64,000 bases of DNA from Hamiltosporidium tvaerminnensis FI-OER-3-3 (GCA_022605425.2 JAKIMF020000004.1:620001-684000), one strand, 5' to 3'. Shown: positions 27,420-41,653, counted from the first letter of the stretch. The notes: generated from the sequence alone by a model not told the origin. Numbers and translations are program-made.

Positions 27420-29181
27420 ATGTTAGTGCCTCCTATATATTTTGTTTGTTCAAAATAGTAATATTATAAGAAGATTACCTATAAAAAGTTATATTGCGAG
27501 AAGAGGGTTCGCCTTTTCCAATTACCGTTCCAACAACGACTCTTTTGACCCTGAAATACAAAAAAATAACGATATTGAGAATAAGCAAAAAATGAAGCAA
27601 TTATTGATAAAATGTGTTGACTCTAATCCATCATATAAAAATATATTTGAGAATTTGGATAAAAAAGATTACAAATCCTATTTTTCTTTCTTGAAGTCAT
27701 ATATCACAGACAATATGAAAACAAATCTTCAAATCAAAAAAGATGAAATTTTTCCTTTGGAAATGAAAGCTTCGATGCAATTTTTAGCCGATCCCGCAAA
27801 TTATAACCCAGAAAGTGCTCTCAATCCAGACTCTAATGATTATTCATATGAATTGCATAATATAGGCATGAAATTCAATATTGTATTTAACATTTTGTAT
27901 TCAATTTTTCTTTTCAAAGAAATGAACATTATAAACGCGATAAATCAATATTTTTCTTCAAATTCACAATATCTTACCAGCAATAAAATGAAAATATCAA
28001 TTTTTAGTTATTACCAATTTTTTAGTTTAGTAGCATCTAGATTTAATAAAATTCATTTCGAAAATTTAAGCATTTGGAAATATTATTTAAAAAAAAACAA
28101 TTCTGAAAATCTCTTTTTGATAATAATCATTCTTTCAAAGTATGTAACTCATGAATTATATTGCAATTCCAATTTTGTTATATTATCAAGTCTTTTGGAA
28201 GAAATTGAAGAAGAGAAAAATATTTTACAAGATATTTTGTATGAAAATGGATGTTCAAATATTCTAGAAATATTTCGTCTTGATCTATGCCCACTTAATA
28301 TATTTATCGATGATGAAATCCAAATAAAAAGTTTTTTATCTGCGTATTTGAAAGAAAGTTATAGAAATATTGCTTCAAATGGTAATATTTGGATTCAAAA
28401 TAATTTGAAAAAAGAATATCATGGAATATATTTTCATGTTAAAAATTTTTTTAAAGAAAAAATGATGAAGTCACTAGAAACAAAATATTCGAAAGATACA
28501 ATTCAAATACTTTTGCATTATGCTGATATGATGTTTTTACTGAATTCAAATTCTTGTTTATCGATAAAAGATTATTTTAAAATTCTTTCATTCATATTTT
28601 TTAATCATTTAAATATCAAAGAAGAAAATTTATTGGATTCAGATGGTTCTTTAAACGTAGAAGAGTTTTTAAAATTGAATTATAATTGTAAAACTTATTT
28701 TGACATTTGTGGCAACACATTTTTCGAAATTGAAATGTTAGATAATTTATTAGATGTTATGACGCTTATTGTAGTTGCTTTGTCCAATGAGAAATTAGAT
28801 GTGAAATATGTCAAAAAACAAATTAGTCTATCGTTTTTGGTCGGATTTATGGACATTGTTCCAACAAAAATACACAAATCTATGTATGACATTTTCCATA
28901 CAAATGCCTGGTACTTTGATCCAATAGGTATGGCGACCATTAGAATTCTTTATTTTAATGATTATAAAATACTTGACAATATTTCCAACCTAAAAAATGC
29001 TGGATTGGAGAAACAAATATATCATACATTGTTGTTATTTAAGAAAAAAGATGGCCCTTTTACGATAAATACTGAAAATATTGTGATTCTAAATGATACA
29101 AGAAAAAATTTAGAAATGCTTACAAGTATTGAATATAAAAATCTATTATTTTTTATTAATTTATTTATGTCTAAGAATTGA
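27420..29181 (+). CDS. Lineage-specific, probably secreted protein (~586 aa) with an apparent +1 frameshift just after the start codon
   Basis: The ATG at 27420 directly follows CCCC but is out of frame with the 579-codon ORF. Removing one base in gtgcctcc gives MLVLLYILFVQNS-NIIRRLPIKSYIARRGFAFS. Confidence 0.7.
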
Positions 29182-29249
29182 ATTTAAAAAACGAAATAAT
29201 AAATCATTTTTTTGTTTAATGTCATCCCTACGGGTTTTTTCGTGAAAAT

Positions 29250-30900
29250 GTAAAACTATTGGTTCATTTTTTGTTTCCATTAAAACTCTGCTAGATTATA
29301 AATTCATTCATTAATCGGTTGTTTTTTATCGTATTTTTTGATTCAGATGAAAAATCTACGATTGTTCAACCATTTCTTAAACCTCGACATTTTTTTATAT
29401 TTTTGATAAATTCTTTATTTTGATTATTCTGTTCACCATATGGAATCAATAAACTTGGTTTTAAATCTGGCTAACTTCTTATTTTTGATCAGAATACATG
29501 CGTTATAAGGTTAAATGTTGTTTGTGCATTAAAGCTGTTTGTATGAAATGAAAAATATGAATTCAAAATCCATATCAATGTATTCACATAGCCTTATTTA
29601 CTCTTTTTTTTAAACAAGAAAATTTTAACTGTTTTTTTGTACAATCGCTATAATCTTGTGTTCCTAGTGAAGTTTAATTTTCGTAGAGTATTTAATTACA
29701 ATAATATCCAATATTATTAATTTAATTACGCCAAATAAAAGTTATCTGATCCCTAAAATCATTTTCTATGCTGAGATACTTCCTTAGTTTTCTAGCTTTA
29801 ACAATTGAAAAGCGTCAGTTGAATTAGTCTGGCTTTTAATCAAAAAATCCTATTTTATAAATTTCCTATTTAAAATAAATATATTCAGGTATTTAATCCG
29901 AATTTATACATCACTTATAATTCTTATGTCTACTCTATTTCTGAATGCAAATTTAAGAATCTTTTGAACTGAGTCTTTTTGATTTTTTTGTAGACTTAAA
30001 TAAATATTTGTTAGCGATAACTAAGGTATACACAAAATCATATTGTTTTGACTTCACTTGTAATCTAACAGAGGATAATTATACATTTTTTCAAAAGATC
30101 TGCTGATTTTTTCTAGTTTCTACAATGGTCTAATTTTTTTGAACTACAAAATACATTTCTATCTCGCCTGTAACAAAAGACGGCATAGAATATGTCTTAA
30201 TTTATTTTTATAACTCTTTTTGCGGAAACCAACATTATTTATTCAATATTTCTAGCTCGTAAAGCTAGAGTTTAATTTTCTCTTTTCCTAAAATCCGGCT
30301 ATTAAAGCCTTTTAAAAATTTCTTTTGTCTTCTTTGTAAAATATATTCTTAGAGATACTCTCTTTCAGATGTGAAAGATAGATTTTTTTATCATTTTATA
30401 TCTCTAGGATTGTTGTTCTTTTAGTCGATATTCCCTTGATTGTTTTCAAATAAATTAATATTACAAGATCATATGTTACCTTTCCATTTAAACTAATGAG
30501 GCAATTGAATATCCATACATATTCCGTGTGATGTTTTCCTTACACTAGATACTAAAATGTATTATCTTTTTTTTTATAAATTGTTTCCATAGTTTCATTT
30601 AACAAAATAATTTGTGTGGGTCAGTTACATGTACTTCTGAATTATAGTTTATTAAATTTCTCGTTCAATCATTACATGTATGAAATACTTGTTTGTATTT
30701 GATTTGGTTCGATAAAATCTTTTAAATTTTGCTTGTAGCATCATTTTTAACATGAATAATAAAAATTTGCTGTTAATAACTCAAGATTCCAAATTTTTCT
30801 AAAAATAATTTGTAAATTAAATTTTCCAGAATGGGTAATTCCTTTATAATATTTTTTATCCGTGTTAAGTTCTTTTTTCTAACTCTTAAAGCTATTTTAG
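29250..30900 (-). mobile_element. Decayed Ty3/gypsy-type pol relic (RNase H to integrase)
   Basis: Minus-strand remnants resembling RNase H (HVTD), an H2C2 finger and the integrase core (LFGV..IILD), in gypsy order. No LTRs found. Confidence 0.35.
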
Positions 30901-31899
30901 AAAAGATTGATTTAATTTCATCATTAGAGACAGATTATGTATTTCTTTTTCTCATTAGAAGGCTAAGAATATACTAAACATGTACTATTAATTACCCAGG
31001 TTTTGTTTTTATATCTATTACTATTTCTGAGTGTTTTTAATCTGCTTTCAATTCAATATAACAAAAAATAGAAATACCAAAATAAATAGATATATTATTT
31101 AATTTTCTTATCTATTTATCATATTTTCATTATTTTATAGGTCTTACTACTAGACTGATTTTATATTTTGATAATGCTGATATTATCAACTTTAAACTTT
31201 GATGACGAAAATCTAAGTTTAAAATGCTTATAGAAATAAATATAACCTATTGAATAAAAAGATTTTTTGACAACAATCAAGATCGCCTCCAATTTGTTTT
31301 CTTACACCTCATTTAGTGCAATATTCAAAAAAAACCCGTTTTATTGTTTTGTAGATTTTTAACTACCGCAGCTGAACTTCCCAAAAAAATATTTTTATAT
31401 TCCAAGTTTATTCGAGTTTATTACTACTTAGTACTTATTCGTTAACTTTAGAATGGTTGAAAACAAGATGATTGATCTTTAATAAATATAGGTTAAAAAT
31501 GTACTCAAATAAGATACAGAAAACCATCGAAGAACAAACTGCTTAAGTATATAAATCGAAAATATAAAATTGAAAATATATAAGAAATATTTATAAGGAT
31601 TCTGGATTTTCCTGGCGAAGAAAATATACATACGCCGAATTTCTGTAGCTTTCCGGTCGGAAAAGCGATTATTAATATCTAAAAATCATAAATTTTTAGA
31701 AACATGATATGAGAAGCTATTTAGCAAAAATTTACAAATAAACATGGTTATGAGTTCTACAGCCTTTGATTCACAAAATAAAGCAAAAAATTGAATTTCC
31801 ATAATAAAAACCATATACTTGTAATTAATTATTGTTAATCTGCAATATAAAGAAATAAATTTACTTCAACATGCATCATTTCTTTTTTAACATCATTTT

Positions 31900-32750
31900 T
31901 TTGTACATTTCAGATTTTCAGCTAACTATTTGATGAATGATTTTTATTAACAAATATTCGAAATGATCATCGCTTAAAGTATTATTGGATATAAAATCCG
32001 CAGGATTTCCTACTCAGGATTCGTTTCGAAAGCGATGGTTTTAGGCTTCTACAGAAATCTTTAGGAAGATATCTCTAATTTTTTTGCGTAGCAAGCTTTT
32101 TGTCAATATTTGTCTTCTGAACAGATTCTGGCTTCTTTTCATGGTATCACGCCATAAAAAATGTGCTATTTGTATAATGCACGCAGCATTCATATTAAAA
32201 TAGGCCCGTAGGAATCTAAATGTTTATCAGATACCTAATGTTTTCAATATAAAATTTCACATTTAATATTACTATTTGCCTAAAAGTTTTGTTGTTCGTA
32301 CTAACGCTTTTTATATTTTGATCACTTTTATTCCCTTTCGTAGTCAATTCTGGTTTTAAGCTTTATACAAATTTTATTCGCGAGAGAACACGTTTTATCA
32401 AGTAAGTGGCGATAATGTGGTATCTTTTATAGTTTCAACCTAATTTTCTTCTCCCTTAATGCAATTAATTTTTTTTAACTTCCAATAATTATATATCCGC
32501 GGAAATTACTTGTTGTAACACTTATGAAAGAAGTCATTTTACGATCGTTGAACTATTCAGCAAAATATATCTGTATTTGCTAAAAAGAACTCTATATTTT
32601 TCTTGTAGTCTTTTCGATTAGAATTGAGTTTGGTTTTTTGACCCATTGACAAGTAACTTTAAAAAATATCAATATAAAAGTTTGTTCTGTCGTAAATAGC
32701 TTGTAACCAAAAGCCTTACCAAAAAATCAAGAGGTTTACTAGAGAAAACA
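31900..32750 (-). mobile_element. Possible further Ginger2-like integrase relic
   Basis: Remnants such as DSYGPIL and a degenerate HG-P---SQ-like segment; no open frame. Confidence 0.3.
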
Positions 32751-33123
32751 TAAGATAAGCCTACAATTTCAAGTACCTTTTGTGTATTTTTCTTGAGATA
32801 TATGATATTTTTTCCGAGTAAAGGTTAGCAATTCTGGGTTCAGAAGACAGGTAATTTACATTATTTTGATTATATTATTTGTATATTTCTCCTAAAATGG
32901 AATAGCAGCAGTTTTATTTTTTGAAATTGATTTGTATTACGAAAATTTTTTCTTATTCATATAATGCTGTTATATTTAATATATTTACTATTTTAATTTT
33001 TAACTTGAAAATTTCGGAAATATTATATAAAATTTGTAAAAATATAAAATAGATTCGCAATGTTAAATGATGAATTTATTTAATGATTTCCATAAAATTC
33101 TCTCAGGCTTTTTAAAAATACTA

Positions 33124-34416
33124 TTAAAAATTTGGGTAAAAAACTAACATGTCAATAAAAGAATTTATGCTCATTAAATTCCCTAAATATGAAATTTTCT
33201 CTTCATCAAAAATTTTTATTCTAAAATCTGAGCATTTCACTCGGTGAATTTTAAAGTATCTCGGGTTTTCTTCTTCAATAAATTCTATCAGATATAATTT
33301 AAAGTGTGCGAAAACCGCTAAATAAAAAGAAGATTCAATTATTATATCATTATAAGCACGATTCATAAACCATTTATAATTAAACACAAATTTTCTAGAA
33401 TCCCGGCTAAACAAAATAAAAAACTTATAGTCTGAATCTTTTGTATTTTTCGAAGTAAAAAGATACATAAATTCAAAATCATACGAAAAGTTTTTAAAAC
33501 AAAATGATCTTTCTAATAATATTAAATTTTTTGCGCCATCTTCTAAAATTTGTAGGTCATCAAACACAATCTGATAAACATTAATTATGGTTTTATAACT
33601 TAGTTTGTGAATATCTGTTTCTTCATGTATTTCAGAATTATTTTTATAAATTAGAAAGTAATTGTAACATCCAAAAAATATTTTTGATTTTGATTCATCA
33701 AATAATCTATTAAATTGATTTATCATTTTTTCTCTGTCAATAGTATGTTCGGAAATTACATTTTCTGAAAAGATCTTTACACAAAGTAAATTAGATATAT
33801 CATATTTTAAATTCGAAGGTATGTTTTGATAACAATCTGGTATTTTTCTTGATAATCCATTTGTTATATCATCAATCGAAACATATGAATATTTTCTTAA
33901 AGTCCCGTTCTGGTATTTCATCAACATTTTAGTAACTTTAAATATCATAAAAAAGTATTTTAAGAAGTATGTTAAGCATTTATTTCCGATTATATTATGA
34001 GAATGGTTTTGAATACTCAACTTATTGAGCAATGGTATATTAGAAAAAAAAATAAACCAGTTTTTTTTGTTTAATTGAGTTATCTGGAGAGTTTTAAATG
34101 TTATTTCGCGAACACTATCATCTGAATATTTCGTGGTACCATAAATCAAAAACTCATATTTTTTTGAAATTCCTGATTGTAAATATCCTGAAATAGATTT
34201 AACAGTAAGCTCAGGAATATTTTGATAGAAAAGAAGATGCGTAACATCTATTGCCTTCGGTAACAATTCAAAAGCAGTGGTTTCTCTTTTATATATATCA
34301 AGACATTTTTTGGCAAAGAACTTTTGTTTTTTTGCTATATCCATTTTTCCTTCCAAATATAAATTAAACATCCAAATTTTGAATAAAAAATATTTTAATC
34401 TTCTCATGCAACTCAT
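33124..34416 (-). CDS. Hypothetical lineage-specific protein, 430 aa, possible signal peptide
   Basis: Intact 430-codon ORF. N-terminus MRRLKYFLFKIWMFNLYLEG is basic then hydrophobic. No recognisable domain. Confidence 0.75.
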   Translation of the reverse strand: MSCMRRLKYFLFKIWMFNLYLEGKMDIAKKQKFFAKKCLDIYKRETTAFELLPKAIDVTHLLFYQNIPELTVKSISGYLQSGISKKYEFLIYGTTKYSDDSVREITFKTLQITQLNKKNWFIFFSNIPLLNKLSIQNHSHNIIGNKCLTYFLKYFFMIFKVTKMLMKYQNGTLRKYSYVSIDDITNGLSRKIPDCYQNIPSNLKYDISNLLCVKIFSENVISEHTIDREKMINQFNRLFDESKSKIFFGCYNYFLIYKNNSEIHEETDIHKLSYKTIINVYQIVFDDLQILEDGAKNLILLERSFCFKNFSYDFEFMYLFTSKNTKDSDYKFFILFSRDSRKFVFNYKWFMNRAYNDIIIESSFYLAVFAHFKLYLIEFIEEENPRYFKIHRVKCSDFRIKIFDEEKISYLGNLMSINSFIDMLVFYPNF

Positions 34417-34849
34417 AAAGCTTTTAGAAAACGATTCTAATCAGATTTTATAATCGAATTAAAATGTTTTTAGTATTAAATTGATATTATTTTATTGATT
34501 GACGATAAAATTATTTTACTGATAAATATTCTCTAATTAATGTCGAGTCCATTCTAATCCAAATTTCAAAAAAACATTAGAAAGAGCCATAAAAACATAA
34601 TATTATGCCAATTAAATATAAATAAATTCATTTATTCACTCTAATTCCTTTTTAAGCCATTTCTTCATCGATAAATATTTTTCATATTTTAAGAAATAGA
34701 AATAACTGCAAAAACAAAGAAACAGTCAATAAGAAGTTAAAATAAAAAAAAATAGGAAAATAAGAAAATATTACTTTAAAGGATATAAACCGTATAGATT
34801 TTCGAAATGGTCTTTAAATCATTCATGTTTTTGTCAAAATTAAATAATT

Positions 34850-36150
34850 CATCATAATGATACTTCTCATACGATTTTTGCAGATAATTTTCAGCTTGCC
34901 GTCACATTATATCAAAAAGCTTTCATTGCTACCCCTAGCAACAACTTTCCAAAGCTTTTCTTCATAGAAGCTAACTATTTTTCTTTTTTTCGTCCTTAGA
35001 TTGTTATCGAAATTTCTCTTTAGTAGCACCACATCATCAGTATTAAATTTTAAGCGAAATAATGTATATCCGCATCATTTTTCATACGAGCTAAATATTT
35101 GTCTTGATATAAGTGAAACCGTTGGAAGCACATCTTTTTATTGGATACTTAATTCTCAACAGCTACTCTATCTTCATCACATGGCAGTTCTATGTTTAGA
35201 TCTAAATTTTCGATATATTCTTTTAATTCGGAGCCTGAAGAATATTTTTATTTATTGCGTTTTCTGAGTATTCTACAGCAATTTGCCTATACGACCTCTA
35301 AATGCTTATATTGGGGGACATGTTTATTCCCATTATCTAGGTTTGATTGTAGATTCGTAAGATTTTCTTCTATATATCGATCAATCTTTTTTGGCTAGAT
35401 GCTCTTAAATTTATAGTAAGCTTGCTCCTAATTGTCGAGTTATATCTCTCAACTTGAACTTTATTTTGTGGGTGTCTTGCTCTTCCCTTAATAAAATAAA
35501 TGTTCTGATCAACACGCATTTGTTTTATTCGTTCGTTTGAACTCTTTTTTTATTATCTGTTTGTAAAATACTAGGAGCATTCTCAAGGAAAATATGATTT
35601 TCAGGCTCGTTTGTAACACAGGTTGCTGATTTTGTTTGCAACGGTGCACAAATAAAAACTTAGAGTGTATATCCAAAACATGTAAGATCCATCAACTGCC
35701 GTCATTATCTGTTGAATATTTCCGCATATTTAAAATATCAAACCAAATTCTTTGCCATAAATAATTTGCAGCTATCGTCCGAATTGCATCATTTCGCTTC
35801 AAATGTTGATAATAATGAGAATATTGGCATGTTTTAAAGACTACTTCTGTTTTCTCTTGCTTAAACTCGCTGTATTTTCTTATAATTTCATAGTGCATTG
35901 TCTTTATACCATTACGACCAGTAAGATGTATAGAAGTAAAAACATTGAATTGTGATACTAGATCATCATCTACTAAAACTAATTTAATGATGTTTTATAC
36001 ATCCGTCGTGTATACCTTGCCATTTTCAATGTATATATCGCCTGCTCGCTTTAAAAACCATCTTTTCTGATAGCGATTCATATTGCATGGTAAATTTTCC
36101 GAATTTTTAAGTTTTCAACTTCCCTATTTTTTACTCCGAAACATGAATAT
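34850..36150 (-). mobile_element. Decayed Ginger2/KRBA2-like integrase transposon, copy C
   Basis: HLTGRNG..MHYEI..C (H2C2), WQRIWFDILNMRKYSTDNDGS*WILHVLDIHSKF, APSILQTDN and KGRARHPQNKVQVERYN across broken frames. Confidence 0.8.
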
Positions 36151-37129
36151 AAACAAAAATCGTCGGCCTCTATTTAAAAAGTTTGCACAAAACAATTTAT
36201 TTGCCTAATTTTATTTTTTTTAAAAATATAGGAGTGGAATTGATTCGCCATCAAACAAATATGTTCTACTTTATTTTTGTAGTTATGTTTTTTCGATCAA
36301 AATAATGAATTAAACTTTAACTAAAAAAATAATTTATTTCTTTTGCAGTTTAATATTTATATTCTAACTAATAGAAATCATATATTTATATCAGTCTTTT
36401 ATATTTTATCTTACGGATACTAAATGATTGAAAAAAAATGATCAAAATTCGATTCGAAATAATCGAAATAGCACAAAAAAATACAAAATAAAATACATAA
36501 AATTCAACGAAAAAAACCTTTTTGGTTCTTATAAATTTGTAACCGAGTGAGCAACTTGTGATTGTTCAACCGAATACAATAACTCTATGTAAAAATTTTT
36601 AGATATCATAGCATCTATTTATTCATTTTATACTCGATATTCCTCACATTATCTTTTTATATCCTAGGTCAATAATGAGATCATAAGAAGAAGTATGAGT
36701 TACGGGTAGTTTAAATATTTGGGTAATTTGAAAAATTTTACAAAATAAAAACTAATTTATAGCACTATCAGATCACTATTAACACCGCTACGATTTGTAT
36801 TCAGTTTAATATAGTTACTAGGATTTAGCATTACGTGTCTGGTGTGATATTCACCAGCCAATCAGACAGCATTCTCGATTTGTCGCCAATACCATCTTGT
36901 ACATCGTCGAATTGGGGATTGCGTTCAGTTTTTTATTTATTTTTGCAAGAAATAAAGTGCCGGAACCGATTTTAATACCTGTTAATGATATTTTATCATT
37001 TTTAGGAACGTCTGAATATATCTTGGTAATCCAAAGGTCAAAATACGCAAATTCTAATAAAACACTAATCTATGGAGTTGGTAGAAAAATGTTAAGTCGT
37101 CAGCCAGCAAGTTTTTAAGAAATAACCAA

Positions 37130-38710
37130 GAGAGGATCAGCGTTTACGAAGATTTGGAATGATAACTATTAGAGAAATGGTGAAGTGAATTATTCCCATA
37201 GAGTAAGCTAAATATAAGAGAATTCTTATGTACATCGAAAAACGAAATTTTCTGATTTCACATAATGGGCACTTTGCAATAGAGTACGGTAATTGAAATC
37301 GTATCCAAAAAGAAATTGTTCAAAATATAACAAAATCGCAACAGAAATTCCAACAAGCCATCTAAATTTAAGTATTCTTTGCAAAAAAAAACACAGTGTA
37401 GTAAAAAAAGGGATTCTTGTAAAACCGATACTAAGTAAAAAACTAGATTCAAGATCCTAAGTCGATTTAGTCGACATACAATCCCACCCCGATGATCTAA
37501 ATATATTCATAGTTGTAATCCAGATCTTTTAAGCAAATTATTACACTTCGACTTCTAAAAAGCAAAAGTAATCGAGAATAAGATTATGTACTTTTAGATA
37601 ATTTTAGCATTTTCCATGCACCCACTATTTTAATTAGTGATATGTTAGAAATTAAGCTAAGAAAACCATTAAAGAACTAGAGAATATTTAGTTTGTGGTC
37701 AAGATAATAGATGAAGACCTTGACACTCTCGAAGCCAAAGCTCCATTGATTATGCGAATAGTGATATTGAATATGCTTTCTTTAAAGCCAAAAGATAATT
37801 AGAGCTCGAGAATCATATGAAGACTTGAGTTTTCGTTCAATTTTGAAAAACCGAACTCATCATAGTGACATAAAGTGAATTCATATAAGGCCATATTTGA
37901 AAAAAAGTCTAAAGTCGGTTTATAAAGTTTTCTACATACAAATGTTTTGCATAATATAACCCCTGAAGATAAATTAGAAGTAAATTAAACAATCAAAACG
38001 AGTTCGATCGGAAGAAGAAGTACTACTCATAATTATCAAGTCAAAATAATAGCAACTCCACATAAAAAAGGTATATATCTTCATTTGATAGCTGCTTTTA
38101 TTATTCACTTCTTATTTACAAACCATGTTAGTGTTTCAAAGCAATAAAATAGAATCAAATGTATTGAGCAACGTGCTATTCGAGTCTCTTGGCTATGAAT
38201 TTTAGGCGAATAAAGGTTATAATCTTTTTTTAGAAAACTCCGACTTGAAAATTTGCCGATATATATAGAATTGGAAAGATTTAAGTAAGCAATTCAAACA
38301 AATTCATAAAAGTTGCTTGAATCCCCGTTTCAAAATACACTTTTGCTAAGTAATGTGGTAAGGTAGAGTTTTAGATATTGACAAGGGCCTAATGATAAAA
38401 TCAATAAGATGCGATTTGTTCTTGAAATGAAAGATACCAATTTTTATACCTTGATACGAAAAATGAATATTAAATCGAATTTATTGATGGGAATAACTTA
38501 CAATATCTAGTTAAGTTTATTTCTGCAGAGGAAATTATTCCAATCGTATTTTTCCGTAAATAATGAATAAGAATGTATTCATAGTGTGGTGGTCAGAATA
38601 ATAATCGACATGGCTGCAAACTTGGATACCCTTCTGACAAATCCAAGTACGGTAAAGAAAAATAACGATGTATCTCGAAATTTCTGCAAATATTAAGTAG
38701 ATCTAACAAT
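37130..38710 (+). mobile_element. Decayed Ginger2/KRBA2-like integrase transposon, copy B
   Basis: Nucleotide collinearity with 5340-6987 (ttgtaaaac...tcaagat...gtcgat...acttcga...caaaagta...ttttagata...ctatttt...agtgata). Confidence 0.75.
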
Positions 38711-41653
38711 AATCATTTCTGTTTTTGATTTAAGAGTTTCAATATACATATTTTTTTAGGCCTACATATGTTCAAATCTTTTCCTTTAAAAAAATATTGT
38801 CTTTTTTCCCATCTTATAAAATATGGAAAAGGAAATCGAATTGCTTGTAACATATATAAACAAATTATTTTCTTCGTAGATATGCTATATGAGGCGCTAG
38901 CTTAAAAATAATTTCACAGAAACCGTAAAGTTAAGCGATCCAGAATTTTCTTTGCTTTAAAATTTATTATTAATGGCTAAAAAGTTTAATTGTTACGAGG
39001 ATTACAGTTCATATTATTCGTATTTTATCTAAATTTATTAAAAATCTAAGTATTATAAAATAGAAATCATATCTAATTAAACAAGGTTGTATAAGCCGCA
39101 CCTGTCTCTTATTTTTTATATAAATCCATCACATTCTGATTAAAATTATTATTTTAATCTAATATAATTTATCTTCTTCATAAAATACTACAGTTTGAAC
39201 AACTTAGCGCTATAATTTTTTAAGGAATAGAATATGAATGGAAATATAGTTGAATAAAAATTAAATTTTCGAGAATCATTAAGTACGTGTATCACTAAAT
39301 ATATGACATAAATTTTATAAAAAATTTAAAATATTTCGCTTCTTGGTTATTTTAACGATAAGATTTGAACTTTTTCTATATTTAATGATAGAAACTTCGA
39401 AATTGAGTTTGAAATAAAAAAAAGTCAACTTATATGGAATAGATTAAGACATAAAAAAATTTTTACTCTAAAAACTAACAATAAGATAGAAAATTTGTTA
39501 TTCAGTGTAGAAACTAACAAAAAAGATAAATTATTAAAATTTTACTAGAATTACCAACGAAAATAAGCAGTATGTATAAAATATCACGTGGACATCAATA
39601 TAGCGCACAATAAATTGTTTTAGAGCGCTACTAGCACGTGCGTTTACATATGTAGCCTCTTCATCTTATTACATAAAACCCTAGACATAGAAAGCGTCGA
39701 AAAAATATGGTTAAGATGACAAACAATAGCAGCGTTTATCGATATTGTAAAGATTTTCAAATTTACTAGTAGGAACCTCGAAATCATGCCTTATTACAAA
39801 TAACCGAAGAGATCCAAGAACAAGTATTCGGTGTTCTTTTGTGTAAATTCGATCATTTAAACTGCTAGTGACAGAATAATTTATACATTAACTCCTTTAA
39901 ATTATAAACCAAAGCTTACAGTTGTTGAAAATGTAAATAACAAAAATAACACGGATCGCTGTGAAATAAACCATATATTCTTACGAGCCACACTTTAATA
40001 TCCCAGACAAACCAAGAAAAGAAAGTCTATTCACGATAGAAAGTGAAATATATAATGATACGGTATTTCTTCTAATGCATTAAGTACATGGTATGTAAAG
40101 AATCAAGAAAATAACATATACATGCAAATATATTTCAGCAAAAATGACATATAAGACAATATATATGAATTTGATGGCTGAATACTCGATTATTCAAATA
40201 TATCTGTATATAAATAAGATGCAGATTAAGAAATTAAAAACTTAAGAAAATATCCAAGACTTAGCAGTAGATATAAAACCAAAGAAAACAAATTTTGTTT
40301 TATGTAGAAAATTAATCTGACTTTGTGATTAAGAGAAATTCAAAAACAGGTGTTCAGTTATTTAAAGATCTGCTTCTATAAGAATTAGGTTGATTTTGAC
40401 ACGATAAATATATTAAATCAAAACTCGCCAAATTGCTATCCTAAAGATATATTTCATTGAAAATATAAAAAGAACTAGGAAGCACACATTATATAATATA
40501 ATTTAATACTTAGAATCTTGATCTAATGGATAAGGAGTTTGGTGAGAGCAGGAATCAAATGTACCAAATTGTTGGATTTTTCAAAGACTGTTTCTAATAA
40601 ATCTAAGCTAACAATCAAATGGAATGTTTTTTTGATAAGGTGAGATAGAAAGTGAGAGAAAGCGTTGCAATAATTGTATTAAGAGAATTTAATACGAGGA
40701 AAAGCTCTTCATGGAGAATATATCAATCACTAGCATGTGTTAGAACTATTTATCATTTACTTTAAACTATAGAATATTACGTTACTTGCATATTTTCTGC
40801 ATATCTCAGAGATTTGTAGTTCTTAAATAAAGAAAAAGGAGAAAAATAGCAAATAATAGAAACACGGTGAATATATGAAATAAAACGAGTAAAAAAGATT
40901 TAATATTTTATCAATAGAAGCTTAGGATCGTATATTTCATAATATGTTTATTTTTTTTATAGTCGTGAAAATAGTAATGTCATTAGACATATAATATATA
41001 GATTTAATAAAAAAAGTGTGTGTAGTTGTTAACAACAGTTAAATATAAGATACAAATCTTATAAAATAAGCAACTACATTTAATCGACCGAGTCTTAATT
41101 AAAAATATAAAAGATAAAAACAAAACATTTTTATATTAAATTAAATCAAATTAATTTAATGATTTATAAAAATGTAAGACCTAGCTATAAATTAGACCGG
41201 TAATTTCAATATATTGGCTAAACCTTATATTAAATTTGGATTCTTCCTTGCATATTATCAAAAACCCATTATTAGCTGTTATGTATCGTTTAAATATTTC
41301 GAATCTTACCAATTCTTTTTGTTATGCATTAGTTGTAACAGAAAATTTTGTTTATAAAGCGCCAAAAAAATTTATTTATCAGAAATTTTAAATTTGATTT
41401 ACGCAATATATCATCTGTTGCTTATAAAAAAATGTATAATATTAAATTTCGCATTTGAACCATTCAAATTACTGACTAGATTTTATATTTGACATGCTTC
41501 CAAAAAAATATTCTTGTTTAATTTAATTTAATTAATTAACCTAAGACCATATTAAAAACTTCTATTTTAATCAATAAATGAATGATAAAAATCTTTTAAT
41601 TTGTTTTTTATCTTCAAAAAAGTATTTATAGCTACGAAATGCAAATTCCCCCA

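Noticed and set aside
27422-27458. Intron GTTAGT...AG next to the start codon
   Set aside because: Splicing would destroy the ATG; a 1-nt insertion explains the frame better.
39560-40900. Possible Mutator-like and RT relics
   Set aside because: Only faint motif echoes; not supportable without a profile search.
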